Source of the DNA: an uncultured Candidatus Binatia bacterium
Lineage (GTDB): Bacteria; Desulfobacterota; Binatia; Bin18
DNA length: 64,000 nt
NCBI GenBank assembly: GCA_965200965.1
Contig: OZ241744.1
Span: forward strand, 352,001 to 416,000
Direction: 5' to 3'
In this document: in pieces, positions 49,195 to 59,173 of the stretch
How the letters are laid out: the number at the start of each line of letters is the position of its first letter
Numbering within the stretch: position 1 is the first letter of the stretch
The notes under the pieces: generated by a model
The model's input: only the letters and a program-made list of their open reading frames with translations
Databases searched by the model: none
Told to the model about the DNA's origin: nothing
Program-made: the position numbers and the translations under genes

Positions 49195-51135
49195 ATGCGT
49201 CGGATCGTGGACTTTTTGCTTGTCGGATTCTTCGCTCTTCTCGTTTCGCTCGTTGATGCCCGCGCGGGGTACCGGGTCGGGCAAGGGTACCCGGATGGAG
49301 GAGTGCCACAACACGACCCATTGGCCGCCCTGAGCGCTACTGCAGCAGAGATCCGGGCGGCTGACCTCCAGTTTCATATTGAGACCTTAGCCTCTGAAGA
49401 AATGGCCGGGCGGCTGACCGGCACGGCCGGCGAGCGGGCGGCGACGGCCTATGTGGCCGCCCTGTTTGCAGAGTTTGGCTTGGTGCCGGCCGGCGATGCT
49501 GGGGGCTATTTTCAGTCCTTCCCTTTTACAGCTGGGGTTTCGCTTGGACCGGACAATGGGCTGATGACGGTTCTTCTCGTCGGAGAGGGTCAGGTGCCGG
49601 CGTTGCCTGAGCAATCCTGTGAGATTGATCGGGACTGGCGTCCGTTGACCTTTTCCAAAACCGGCGATTTCGCTCCCGCCGGCGTGGTGTTTGCCGGCTA
49701 TGGCATTGTGGCTCCGTCGGTCAAGGGTCAGCCGGCCTATGACTCGTACAGCCATCTCGATGTCAGTGACAAGTGGGTGCTGGTCTTTCGGTATATGCCG
49801 GAAGGCATCAAGCAGCAGTGGCGCTCCCATCTCAGGCGCTATGCCAGTCTGCGTCGGAAAGCCATGCTGGCGCGTGACCGGGGCGCACGCGGGCTCATCA
49901 TCGTCAGCGGACCTAACGCCGGGGTCAAGGATCAGCTCGTCGGCCTGTCGTTTGACGCCTCGCTTACCGGGATGAGTATTGGGGCGCTGTCGGTCACTGA
50001 TGCGCTTGCGGCCGCTTGGCTGCGGGCTGGTGGGAAAGACCTCAAGGCCCTCCAGGACGCGCTGGATAGGGGCCGGCCGACCGCCGGCTTTGAGCTGGCT
50101 GGGCTGTGGCTGGCCGCCCGAATCGATATTCAACACGAGAAAAGAACCGGCCGTAATGTCCTGGCGCGGCTGCCGGCGGATGGGCCGGCCGGGCGTCGCC
50201 GGCTGGTCATTGGGGCGCATATCGACCATCTCGGTACCGGCCACCGGACCGATTCGCTGGCCGGCGACGAAGAAAGAGGCACCATCCATTACGGGGCTGA
50301 CGATAATGCTTCCGGTGTGGCCGGTCTGCTGGAGATCGCCCAGTATCTGGCCAGCCAAAAAGCCCGACGGCAGCTCAGGCTACAACGCGATGTGGTGTTT
50401 GCCGCCTGGTCCGGGGAAGAAATGGGTCTACTGGGGTCAAGCTATTTTACCCGGAGCTTCGAGGCCGAGGCCGCGCAAAGACCGGCCGCCTACCTGAACA
50501 TGGACATGATCGGCCGCCTGCAAGACAGCCTGATTCTCCAGGGGCTTGGTTCCAGTTCGGTCTGGCCCGGCCTCGTTGAGCAGGCCAACGCCCGGCTTGG
50601 GCTGCCTCTGACCCTGCAAGACGACAGCTATCTGGCGACCGACGCCACATCGTTTTATCTCAAGCGGGTGCCGGTGCTGAGCGCATTTACCGGCGCGCAT
50701 GAGGACTACCACACGCCGCGTGACACGGCTGATAAAATTCAGGCCCGAGGGACAGAAAAAATCACCCGGCTGATGGCGACCCTGACTGAGACCTTAGCCA
50801 CCCGTAAGGATGTGCCCGACTACCGGGAAATGGACCGACCGGCCCGTCACCTCGGGCGCGTCGGTCTGCGCGCGTATCTGGGCACAATTCCTGATTATGC
50901 CCAAGGGGATAGCGCCGGCGTCAGGCTGGCCGGGGTGGTCAAAGGCGGCCCAGCGGCCCGGGCCGGTCTGCAAGGCGGGGATATTATTATGCGGCTGGCC
51001 GGCCAGACGGTAGAAAACATCTATGATTATACCTATGCGCTGGACGGCCTACGGGTTGAGACACCGGTCGAGATCGTTGTCCAGCGGCACGGCCAGGAGG
51101 TGGTCTTCAGCATCACCCCCGGCTCCCGCGACTAA
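49195..51135 (+). CDS. Exported M28 peptidase with PA and PDZ domains
   Basis: Signal-like N-terminus; motifs VFAGYGI, GAHIDH, GADDNASG, WSGEE.GL, NMDMIGR, YH...D, LGTIPDY. Confidence 0.9.
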   Translation: MRRIVDFLLVGFFALLVSLVDARAGYRVGQGYPDGGVPQHDPLAALSATAAEIRAADLQFHIETLASEEMAGRLTGTAGERAATAYVAALFAEFGLVPAGDAGGYFQSFPFTAGVSLGPDNGLMTVLLVGEGQVPALPEQSCEIDRDWRPLTFSKTGDFAPAGVVFAGYGIVAPSVKGQPAYDSYSHLDVSDKWVLVFRYMPEGIKQQWRSHLRRYASLRRKAMLARDRGARGLIIVSGPNAGVKDQLVGLSFDASLTGMSIGALSVTDALAAAWLRAGGKDLKALQDALDRGRPTAGFELAGLWLAARIDIQHEKRTGRNVLARLPADGPAGRRRLVIGAHIDHLGTGHRTDSLAGDEERGTIHYGADDNASGVAGLLEIAQYLASQKARRQLRLQRDVVFAAWSGEEMGLLGSSYFTRSFEAEAAQRPAAYLNMDMIGRLQDSLILQGLGSSSVWPGLVEQANARLGLPLTLQDDSYLATDATSFYLKRVPVLSAFTGAHEDYHTPRDTADKIQARGTEKITRLMATLTETLATRKDVPDYREMDRPARHLGRVGLRAYLGTIPDYAQGDSAGVRLAGVVKGGPAARAGLQGGDIIMRLAGQTVENIYDYTYALDGLRVETPVEIVVQRHGQEVVFSITPGSRD

Positions 51136-51148
51136 GGCCGCGCCGCTC

Positions 51149-51186
51149 TTGACCCCCGTTCGGTTTCCGTGTTACCGTAGAAACCG
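51149..51186 (+). promoter_or_regulatory. Putative promoter with overlapping inverted repeat upstream of pgmB
   Basis: TTGACC-N18-TACCGT with a TGn extension; CGGTTTC (51161-51167) pairs with GAAACCG (51180-51186). Confidence 0.35.
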
Positions 51187-51247
51187 CCCGTAAGGCCCTC
51201 GGAGGGTGGCCTCAGAGGGACAGCGGTACGCGGCTTGAGAGGGTTGC

Positions 51248-51988
51248 ATGAGCCCGCCCCGTTTGATTACATCGGAATGGTTTGATGCCGTGCTGTTTGA
51301 CCTTGACGGAGTCCTGACGGCAACCGCAAAGGTTCATGCCGCATGCTGGAAGCGTGCGTTTGACGAGTTTCTCCGCCGCCGGCCCGGGGCCTTTGTGGCC
51401 TTTGACCCGATCAGTGATTACCTGCGCTATGTTGACGGCAAGCCGCGCTATGAGGGAGTTCAGAGCTTTCTTGCCGCCCGCGGCCTGTCTCTGCCCTATG
51501 GCAGCCCGGACGATCCGCCCGACCGCCAGACGGTGTGTGGCCTTGGCAATCGCAAAAACACCTTCATCCAGACGGTTCTCGCCTCGGACGGGGTGGAGAC
51601 CTATCAGGACGCACTGAGCTTGCTGCGGGCCGTGCGCGCCGGCGGCCTCAAGACCGCGGTGGTGTCGTCAAGTCGCAACTGCGGGGCCATACTGGAGGCG
51701 GCCCGGATTGCCGACCTGTTTGAGTTGCGGCTCGACGGCCGGCGGGCCGCTGAGTTGGCCCTCAAGGGCAAACCGGCCCCCGACACCTTCCTGGCCGCGG
51801 CCCGCCAGCTCGGCGTTCAGCCGCCCCGGGCGGTGGTGATTGAAGACGCGCTCGTCGGCGTTGAGGCCGGCCGGACCGGTGGTTTTGGCTTGGTGGTCGG
51901 GGTGGCCCGCGGCGAAGCCGAGGCCCTGCGAGAGCACGGGGCCGATATTGTGGTCAGCGACCTGAAGGACCTGATCGCCCATGATTAG
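51248..51988 (+). CDS. pgmB: Beta-phosphoglucomutase-family HAD hydrolase
   Basis: Motifs FDLDGVLT, YVDGKPR, SSS.N, GKPAPD, EDA..GV; overlaps the GH65 gene. Confidence 0.85.
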   Translation: MSPPRLITSEWFDAVLFDLDGVLTATAKVHAACWKRAFDEFLRRRPGAFVAFDPISDYLRYVDGKPRYEGVQSFLAARGLSLPYGSPDDPPDRQTVCGLGNRKNTFIQTVLASDGVETYQDALSLLRAVRAGGLKTAVVSSSRNCGAILEAARIADLFELRLDGRRAAELALKGKPAPDTFLAAARQLGVQPPRAVVIEDALVGVEAGRTGGFGLVVGVARGEAEALREHGADIVVSDLKDLIAHD

Positions 51989-54371
51989 CCAGCCCACCCC
52001 CAGCCTGCCGCACAGCGTCTATCCGGTGGACGAATGGAACATTATTGAAAACCGCTACCATCCGCAGTTCCTGGCCAGAACCGAGACGCTGTTTGCGCTG
52101 AGCAACGGCTACCTGGGCCTGCGCGGCTGCTTTGAGGAAGACACTCCGGTTGAGCAGGACGGCACCTTTGTCAACGCCTTTTACGAGTCGTGGCCGATTG
52201 TCTACGGCGAGGAAGCCTACGGTTTTGCCCAGACTGGCCAGACGATTGTCAACCTCCCGAACAGCAAGATCATCAAGCTGTACGTTGATGACGAACCGCT
52301 CTCGCTGCGCTACGCCAGCCTGCTGAACTACAGCCGTACGCTCGATATGCGTGCCGGTACGCTCAACCGTGAGTTGCTGTGGGAGACGCCGGCCGGCAAG
52401 CGGGTGCTGATCAAGTCGCGCCGCCTAGTGTCCTTCAGCCACCGCCATCTGGCGGCCATCCGCTATCGGGTGACGGTCTTGAACGCCCCGGCCCCGGTCG
52501 TCATCTCCTCCGAGCTCGTCTATCGGCATAGCGTCCCGGACACCAGCAGTAATGATCCCCGCAAAGCGCGGGACTTCCCGGAGCGTCCGATCCTGCCCGA
52601 GCAGCACTACGCCCCGGAAGGGAAAGAGAGGCGGGCAATCCTGAGTCATGCCACCCGTCGCAGCCGGATGAAAATTGCGTGCGGGATTGATCACAGCCTG
52701 GAGACCGTCTGCGCCTCCTCCCACACCAGCGTGGTCGGGCCAGACTCCGGCAGTATTGTCTTCAGTATCGAAGCCCTGCCCGGCGAGCCGATCATTCTGA
52801 CCAAGTACATGACCTATCACACCTCCAGCTCAGTCCCGGCCAGCGATCTGTGTGCCCGGGCCGAGCGCACCCTTGACCGGGCTGTTGAGCACGGCTTTTC
52901 CGAGTTGCTGGACAGCCAGCAACTCCACCTGTACGACTTCTGGCAGCGCAGCGATGTGCAGGTTGGCGGCCAGCCAACGATCCAGCAGGCCGTGCGGTTC
53001 AATCTGTTTCAACTCTGTCAGGCGACCGCCAGAGCCGAGGGGGCCGGCGTGCCGGCCAAGGGGCTGACCGGCCAGGGCTATGAGGGCCACTATTTCTGGG
53101 ACGGAGAAATCTACATCGTCCCGTTTCTGATCTACACCACGCCCCGCATCGCTCACAACCTGATCAAGTTCCGCCACGAGAAGCTGCCCCACGCCCGGCT
53201 GCGGGCCCGAGATCTCAACCTGCGCGGTGCCCTCTTTCCGTGGCGGACGATTAGCGGCGAGGAAGCCTCGGCCTATTACGCCGCCGGCACGGCCCAGTAC
53301 CATATTGACGCCGATATCATCTACACCCTGCGCAAATATATTGAGGTCAGCGGCAACACCGGGTTCTTGCAGGACACCGGCGTAGAGATGTTGGTCGAGA
53401 CCGCCCGGATGTGGTGCACGCTGGGGTTCTACTCTGAACGAGCCGGCGGCACGTTTTGCATTCACGGCGTGACCGGGCCGGATGAGTATACCACGGTGGT
53501 GAATAACAACGCCTTTACCAATCTCATGGCCCGCGGGAACCTCCGCTACGCAGCCCAGGCGGTAGCCGCTCTGCGGGCTGAGAAACCCGGCTGGTATGCG
53601 GCTCTGGTGGACAAGACCGGCTTGGCTTTTGAAGAGATTGAGGAGTGGCGGGCTGCGGCCGAGCGGATGTATGTGCCCTACGACCAGGAACTTGGCATCC
53701 ACCCCCAGGACGACCACTTTCTGGAGCAGGAGCCGTGGGATTTTTCCAAGACGCCAACCGAGAAATACCCCCTCTTGCTGTACTACCATCCGCTGATGGT
53801 CTACCGCCGCCAGATCATCAAACAGGCCGATGTGGTGCTGGCCATGTTTCTGCTCGGCAACGAGTTCAGCCTGGAGCAGAAAAAGCGCAATTTTGACTAT
53901 TACGACCCCCTGACGACCGGCGACTCATCGCTGTCGGCCTCCGTCCAGAGCATTGTTGCCTCAGAAATCGGCTATGCCGAAAAAGCCTACGCATACTTCC
54001 GCTATGCCGCTTTCATGGACCTGGCCAACGTCAGGGGCAATGTGCAGGACGGTATGCATCTGGCCTCAATGGGCGGCACCTGGATGGCCCTGGTGTACGG
54101 CTTTGGCGGGATGCGCGACTACGGCGGCCACCTGTCGTTTGACCCCAAACTGCCCGTCCCCTGGGAGCGGCTGAGATTTCCCCTGACGGTCCGGGGCATG
54201 AGCCTCGTGGTCGATATTCAGCCCGAGACCGTAACCTATGTGCTGCGTCAGGGGAGCGAGTTGACGATTTCCCACCAGGGCCAGGAGGTGCGGCTGACCA
54301 TTGGTGTGCCCCGCTCCTGCCCGCTGCGTCCGTCTCCGCTCCCGTCTGCGTTAGCCGCAGCCGGAACATAA
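51981..54371 (+). CDS. GH65 disaccharide phosphorylase (trehalose/maltose/kojibiose type)
   Basis: Motifs ETLFALSNGYLG.RG, AKGLTG.GYEGHYFWD, GPDEY, KQADV, DSSLS. Confidence 0.92.
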   Translation: MISQPTPSLPHSVYPVDEWNIIENRYHPQFLARTETLFALSNGYLGLRGCFEEDTPVEQDGTFVNAFYESWPIVYGEEAYGFAQTGQTIVNLPNSKIIKLYVDDEPLSLRYASLLNYSRTLDMRAGTLNRELLWETPAGKRVLIKSRRLVSFSHRHLAAIRYRVTVLNAPAPVVISSELVYRHSVPDTSSNDPRKARDFPERPILPEQHYAPEGKERRAILSHATRRSRMKIACGIDHSLETVCASSHTSVVGPDSGSIVFSIEALPGEPIILTKYMTYHTSSSVPASDLCARAERTLDRAVEHGFSELLDSQQLHLYDFWQRSDVQVGGQPTIQQAVRFNLFQLCQATARAEGAGVPAKGLTGQGYEGHYFWDGEIYIVPFLIYTTPRIAHNLIKFRHEKLPHARLRARDLNLRGALFPWRTISGEEASAYYAAGTAQYHIDADIIYTLRKYIEVSGNTGFLQDTGVEMLVETARMWCTLGFYSERAGGTFCIHGVTGPDEYTTVVNNNAFTNLMARGNLRYAAQAVAALRAEKPGWYAALVDKTGLAFEEIEEWRAAAERMYVPYDQELGIHPQDDHFLEQEPWDFSKTPTEKYPLLLYYHPLMVYRRQIIKQADVVLAMFLLGNEFSLEQKKRNFDYYDPLTTGDSSLSASVQSIVASEIGYAEKAYAYFRYAAFMDLANVRGNVQDGMHLASMGGTWMALVYGFGGMRDYGGHLSFDPKLPVPWERLRFPLTVRGMSLVVDIQPETVTYVLRQGSELTISHQGQEVRLTIGVPRSCPLRPSPLPSALAAAGT

Positions 54372-54400
54372 ACAGATGGCGCACTACGAAAGGAGGCCCT

Positions 54401-54793
54401 ATGAGCAAAGAAGTTGTGACTCCCGCAGGTATGGAAAGCTATTATACGCGCTTCCATTTTGCCCCGGCGATCAGAGACGGCGATCGCCTGTTCTGCTCTG
54501 GCCAACTCGGCAACGGGGCCGATAACGCTATGTCGGATAATCCCGAAACCCAGTTCGCCCAGGCGTTTGAGAATGTCAAAGCCGTGCTGGAGCAGGCCGG
54601 GGCCTCGTTTGACAGCGTGGTCGAAATGACGACCTTTCATGTTGGCTTGCAGGAACACCTGGGGGCGTTTATGAAGGTCAAGGATCGCTATGTGGCAGAG
54701 CCCTATCCGGCCTGGACCGCGATTGGTGTGAGCGAGCTGGCCTTTCCAGATGCCCTGGTCGAGATCAAGATCATTGCTCGGCTCAGCGCCTGA
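54401..54793 (+). CDS. RidA/YjgF family protein
   Basis: Motifs LFCSGQ, QAFEN...VL..AG, YPAWTAIGV, VEI; AGGAGG RBS. Confidence 0.88.
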   Translation: MSKEVVTPAGMESYYTRFHFAPAIRDGDRLFCSGQLGNGADNAMSDNPETQFAQAFENVKAVLEQAGASFDSVVEMTTFHVGLQEHLGAFMKVKDRYVAEPYPAWTAIGVSELAFPDALVEIKIIARLSA

Positions 54794-54799
54794 GCGGCG

Positions 54800-55459
54800 A
54801 TGAAACAGGCGGTCTATCTGGCCGGCCTGCTGGGGCTGATCGTTCTGCTGTGGCCCAGTCCCGTCCTGTATCCGCTCAAGCTGCTGGTGGTATTCTTTCA
54901 TGAGGCGTCTCACGCCCTGGTCACTGTGCTGACCGGCGGGACAGTTGTGTCCCTGGAAATTGACCCCCAGCAGGGCGGGCAGGTGTGTGCCAGCGGCGGC
55001 AACCGCTTTCTCAGCCTGAGCGCCGGCTATCTCGGCTCCCTGGCCTGGGGGTTGGCCGTGTACCTGCTGGCGGTCAAGACCCGCCGGCAAAAGACGCTCA
55101 TGGCCCTGCTCGGCCTGAGCGTAGTCGGTATCGCCGCGGCTTATGTCCGCGATCCCTTCACTCTGGCCTTCTGTGGGCTCACCGGACTGGCCATGCTGGG
55201 GCTCGGCCGCTGGCTCAAGCAGCAGATCAACGATGTTCTGCTGCGTCTGGTCGGCCTGACCAGTATGCTGTACGCGCCGCTGGATATCTATAGCGATACG
55301 ATTGCCCGGGCCGAGTTGCGTTCAGACGCCCGCATGCTGGCCGAAGAGTTCGGCGGCGCAACTGTGGTATGGGGCGGGGTGTGGATAGCGATCAGCCTGC
55401 TGGCTGTCGTGTATGCGCTGCGCTGGAGCCTGCGGACAAGGCCCCGGGCCGACCTGTAG
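54800..55459 (+). CDS. M50B-like membrane metallopeptidase
   Basis: Motifs FHEASHA, AGYLG, SDA. Confidence 0.85.
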   Translation: MKQAVYLAGLLGLIVLLWPSPVLYPLKLLVVFFHEASHALVTVLTGGTVVSLEIDPQQGGQVCASGGNRFLSLSAGYLGSLAWGLAVYLLAVKTRRQKTLMALLGLSVVGIAAAYVRDPFTLAFCGLTGLAMLGLGRWLKQQINDVLLRLVGLTSMLYAPLDIYSDTIARAELRSDARMLAEEFGGATVVWGGVWIAISLLAVVYALRWSLRTRPRADL

Positions 55460-55488
55460 ACAAGCCGCCGAGGGCTTGGAGGGCCAGC

Positions 55489-55734
55489 TCAGCTCTCGTC
55501 GCCGAGTGGTAGGATGTGGTCTTCGAGCAGACGCAGGGTCTGGTTTGCAATAGGTGGCCTCTGAGCGGACCCTTCGGTACGTCGCAGGTAATAAAAACGC
55601 TGTGGGCCGCTGGGGGTGGCCTGCAAGACCTGTGAGACAACCTGGAAGCGCTGCGCCCGCGGCCGGCCACCCGGCGGTGTATGGGTCACACACTGTCCAA
55701 TGCGATATTTGAAGTTTGCATCGGGTTTGGCCAT
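55489..55734 (-). CDS. Small hypothetical protein (81 aa)
   Basis: GGAGG RBS before ATG 55734; FKYRIGQCV and a beta-rich pattern. Confidence 0.55.
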   Translation of the reverse strand: MAKPDANFKYRIGQCVTHTPPGGRPRAQRFQVVSQVLQATPSGPQRFYYLRRTEGSAQRPPIANQTLRLLEDHILPLGDES

Positions 55735-56089
55735 GAACTCCCTCCAATCTGCCGCCGCTATGACCACAGGGAAGGGGGTCCGGGCTGGCCTGATATCAGA
55801 GGCGGCTGAGAAGCATCTGTCTAGCGTGCGGTTGGTCAGATTCGGACATCACAACTCCCCTCATCGGTGATAGCCCTATTGTAAGAGTTTTGATGCACAG
55901 CACAAGCACGGGTCTGTATACTTTGCCGGGATACGGCGATATCATCCTGCTCACCCGGCCGGCGATCTGGCCGCTCTGGAGGTGGTCGTTGGCCATGCCG
56001 GCTTGATCGCCCGGTTGCCTGGCCTGTACATTGCTCACTCAATGGGCGACCGAAAAGACTGCGACTACACGGGCGAGGCGGAGGCGGAG

Positions 56090-57787
56090 ATGGCGGATGT
56101 AGGGTCTGATTTAGCATCTGAATTGAGTCGCCTGGAGGGGCGATCGTATGGCTCGTACCGGGAGCTGCGCGGACGGACATATGGGCTGGGAGCCCAGCGG
56201 CTGAGCTTTGAGCATGTGCAGGGCGACCCGTTTGCCGCACCGAGTCGCATTCGAATTGACATCCCAAGCCCCGGCCTGCCCGAGTGGGCCTGCCGCGGTG
56301 CCGGGGCCAGCCGGGCCGCGGCCGATTTTGTGCATCGGGCGGTCATTCGGGAGTTGGCCAGCGCGCGCCGCAAAACAGGGAGTGGCAAAAGCGGTCTGCT
56401 TGACATTCTGCCGGTTGGTCAGCAGGTGCTGGAGCGAACCGCAGTAAGGCTCAAGCAGGACGGTGGCCTGCGGCTGCGCCTGAGCGTTGGGCTGCCGGCG
56501 GCCGGCCGGCGGATTCTGGGCCATGAGGCGGCAAGGCTGCTGACCGGCCGGCTGCCGCAGACGCTTGGCCGGGTCCTGGCAGGTCTCGACCACCAGCGGC
56601 TCGCCCACCATGTGCAGACGGTTGAAGATCAGCTGGCCTTGCGCCACCAGCTCGGCCCGCACGGCTTGGTCGCCTTTCTGGCCGAGGGCAGCATCCTGCC
56701 CCGCCACAGCGGGGCGGACGATCGGCCGCTCGGCGGAGCGATTCCGCTCCAGGTTCCGCCGGCCCTGGCCTGTGAGCTGCAAGCCCCCCACGCCGGCCGG
56801 CTGCGCGGGCTGGGCGTCCGAGCCGGGGTGACGCTCATCGCCGGCGGTGGCTATCACGGCAAATCTACCCTGCTGGCAGCCCTGGCTTACGGGGTGTATG
56901 ACCACATTCCGGGCGATGGCCGCGAGCGGTGCGTGACCGTCCCGGGCGCGGTCAGCATTCGGGCCGAGGACGGCCGCTCTGTCCGGGGGGTTGATTTGCG
57001 ACCGTTTATCACCGCCCTGCCCCTCGGTCGCCGCACAGACCGCTTTGACACCGCGGATGCCTCGGGCAGCACCTCGCAGGCCGCGGCCATTGTCGAGGCC
57101 CTTGAGGCCGGCGCGAGTGTGCTGTTGATCGATGAAGACACCGCGGCGACCAATTTCATGATCCGGGATGCCCGGATGCGACGCCTGGTGCCGGGCGACA
57201 AAGAGCCGATTACGCCCTATCTCGACCGCGTTCGCCAGCTGTGGGACGAACACGGGGTGTCTTCCATGCTGGTCGTCGGCGGGGCCGGCGACTATCTCGA
57301 CGTAGCCGATTGGGTGATTCATATGGACGAGTATCGGCCTCGTGATGTCACGGCTCGGGCCAAAGAGATCGCCCTGTCCCTGCCCCAAGTCAACCCTCGG
57401 CCGCCCGGAATGTGGCCGCCGGCCGCGGCCCGCCGACCCGACCCGCGCAGTCTGGACGCTACTCGGGGCCGAAAGGCCGAGCGGGTGCGCAGCGTCAAAA
57501 CCCGGACGATTGAGTTCGGCAGCGAAGAGATCGATGTCTCGCTGCTGTTTCAGTTGCTTGACCCGGCCCAGTGTCGCATGATCGGGGATGTGTTGCTGGA
57601 GTGCGCCCGAGGCCTGTGTGACGGCCGGCACAGCCTAGCCGAAATCCTGGACCAGATTGAGACGTGCATTGACCACGAGGGTCTGGAAGCCCTGACCCAG
57701 CCCGGCTTTGGCGACCGGGCCCGGGCCCGGCGTTTTGAGATTGCCGCGGCCCTCAACCGGCTGCGCAGCCTGCGCCTGATGCCCTGA
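56090..57787 (+). CDS. Predicted ABC-class ATPase (ABC_ATPase / MRB1590-like family)
   Basis: Motifs HVQGDPFAAPS, LPA.GRRI, GGGYHGKSTLL, IRAEDGR, ASGSTSQAA, LIDEDT.ATNFMIRD. Confidence 0.88.
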   Translation: MADVGSDLASELSRLEGRSYGSYRELRGRTYGLGAQRLSFEHVQGDPFAAPSRIRIDIPSPGLPEWACRGAGASRAAADFVHRAVIRELASARRKTGSGKSGLLDILPVGQQVLERTAVRLKQDGGLRLRLSVGLPAAGRRILGHEAARLLTGRLPQTLGRVLAGLDHQRLAHHVQTVEDQLALRHQLGPHGLVAFLAEGSILPRHSGADDRPLGGAIPLQVPPALACELQAPHAGRLRGLGVRAGVTLIAGGGYHGKSTLLAALAYGVYDHIPGDGRERCVTVPGAVSIRAEDGRSVRGVDLRPFITALPLGRRTDRFDTADASGSTSQAAAIVEALEAGASVLLIDEDTAATNFMIRDARMRRLVPGDKEPITPYLDRVRQLWDEHGVSSMLVVGGAGDYLDVADWVIHMDEYRPRDVTARAKEIALSLPQVNPRPPGMWPPAAARRPDPRSLDATRGRKAERVRSVKTRTIEFGSEEIDVSLLFQLLDPAQCRMIGDVLLECARGLCDGRHSLAEILDQIETCIDHEGLEALTQPGFGDRARARRFEIAAALNRLRSLRLMP

Positions 57788-57819
57788 GAAGCCAGTGCCT
57801 CCCGCCCCATCCCATGCGA

Positions 57820-58995
57820 CTAGGCGTCTTGCAGGGTGGCGACCCCGGGCAGCTGTTTGCCCTCCAGGAACTCCAGCGAGGCTCCACCGCCGGTTGAGAT
57901 ATGCGTCATCCGGTCGGCAAGACCGGACTGCTTGACCGCCGCGGCGGAATCACCGCCGCCAATAATCGTGGTTGACTGCGTGAGCTCGGCCATAGCTCGG
58001 GCAATGGCAACGGTACCGAGCGCAAAAGGCGGTATCTCAAACACGCCCATCGGGCCATTCCAGACCACGGTGCGGGCGTGTTGCAGGCCGGCTGTAAAGC
58101 GGGCGATGGTGCGGGGGCCGATGTCCACAATCCGCCACCCGTCGAGCACGGCATCAACGCTGACGGTCTGGTGTTGCGCCCCAGCGTCCAATTGGTCGGC
58201 AATCCACACGTCCTCGGGCAGCATCAGTGTGTCACCGGCCTGCTGGAGCAGACCCCGAGCCAGCTCAAGGGCGTCGGCTTCAAGCAGCGATTGCCCGACC
58301 GCTTTGCCCTTGGCTCTGAGGAAGGTATTGGCCATGCCCCCACCGATGAGGAGGCGGTCAACCGTGTTGAGCAGCCGCTCAATCACGCCGATCTTGTCCG
58401 ACACCTTGGCCCCGCCCAGAATGGCGACAAAGGGGCGGTCGGGCGCGGCCAGGACCTTACCCAGAACGGTGAGCTCGCGTTCCATGAGCAGGCCGGCCAC
58501 CGCTGGCAGCCAGGCTGTCACCCCCGCGGTTGAGGCGTGGGCCCGGTGGGCCGAGCCAAAGGCGTCATTCACATAGACATCGGCCAGGCTGGCGAGTGCC
58601 TGGCAGAAGGCTGGCTCATTGGCCTCTTCCTCGGCATGGAAACGCAGGTTTTCGAGTAGTAGCAGATCGCCCGGCCGCAGGGCCGCGGCCTGCGCTGTGA
58701 CTGCCGGACCGATGCAGTCAGACGCCATCTGGACTGGCCGACCGATCAGCTGGCCCAGCCGCTCAGCCACGGGTGTCAGGCTGTAGACGGGCTTGGGCCG
58801 GCCGTGTGGTCGGCCCAGGTGAGAGCACAGGATCAGTTTTGCGCCCTGCTCAATGCCATACTCCAGGGTCGGCAGGGCGGCCCGGATGCGGGTGTCGTCG
58901 CTGACCCTGCCACGCTCCAGTGGGACATTGAAATCGACCCGGACCAGGACGCGCTGGCCGTCAAGGGCGAGATCACGAAGAGACTTTTTCGGCAT
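57820..58995 (-). CDS. pgk: Phosphoglycerate kinase
   Basis: Motifs [52 protein letters not shown]. Confidence 0.97.
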   Translation of the reverse strand: MPKKSLRDLALDGQRVLVRVDFNVPLERGRVSDDTRIRAALPTLEYGIEQGAKLILCSHLGRPHGRPKPVYSLTPVAERLGQLIGRPVQMASDCIGPAVTAQAAALRPGDLLLLENLRFHAEEEANEPAFCQALASLADVYVNDAFGSAHRAHASTAGVTAWLPAVAGLLMERELTVLGKVLAAPDRPFVAILGGAKVSDKIGVIERLLNTVDRLLIGGGMANTFLRAKGKAVGQSLLEADALELARGLLQQAGDTLMLPEDVWIADQLDAGAQHQTVSVDAVLDGWRIVDIGPRTIARFTAGLQHARTVVWNGPMGVFEIPPFALGTVAIARAMAELTQSTTIIGGGDSAAAVKQSGLADRMTHISTGGGASLEFLEGKQLPGVATLQDA

Positions 58996-59061
58996 CGGCT
59001 TTCCCCTCCAGGACCGCATCTTTCTTGGCTCCAGTCTGCGCTTTGGGCCGCGGGACATCTG

Positions 59062-59090
59062 CCTATAGCCACGCTTCTCCCCTGGGTCAA
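59062..59090 (-). promoter_or_regulatory. Sigma70-type promoter for pgk
   Basis: TTGACC-N17-TATAGG on the minus strand. Confidence 0.45.
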
Positions 59091-59173
59091 CACCGGCAAT
59101 TGATCTGGAGGGAGGGAGACGGATAGGCTAGAGGCCGTGCGTGGGGCAGTGCCCCGCCTGTCGGTCCAAGGCT

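Noticed and set aside
34536-55821. Shared 11-mer AAGCATCTGTC at about 34536 and 55811
   Set aside because: Too short, and expected by chance in 64 kb.
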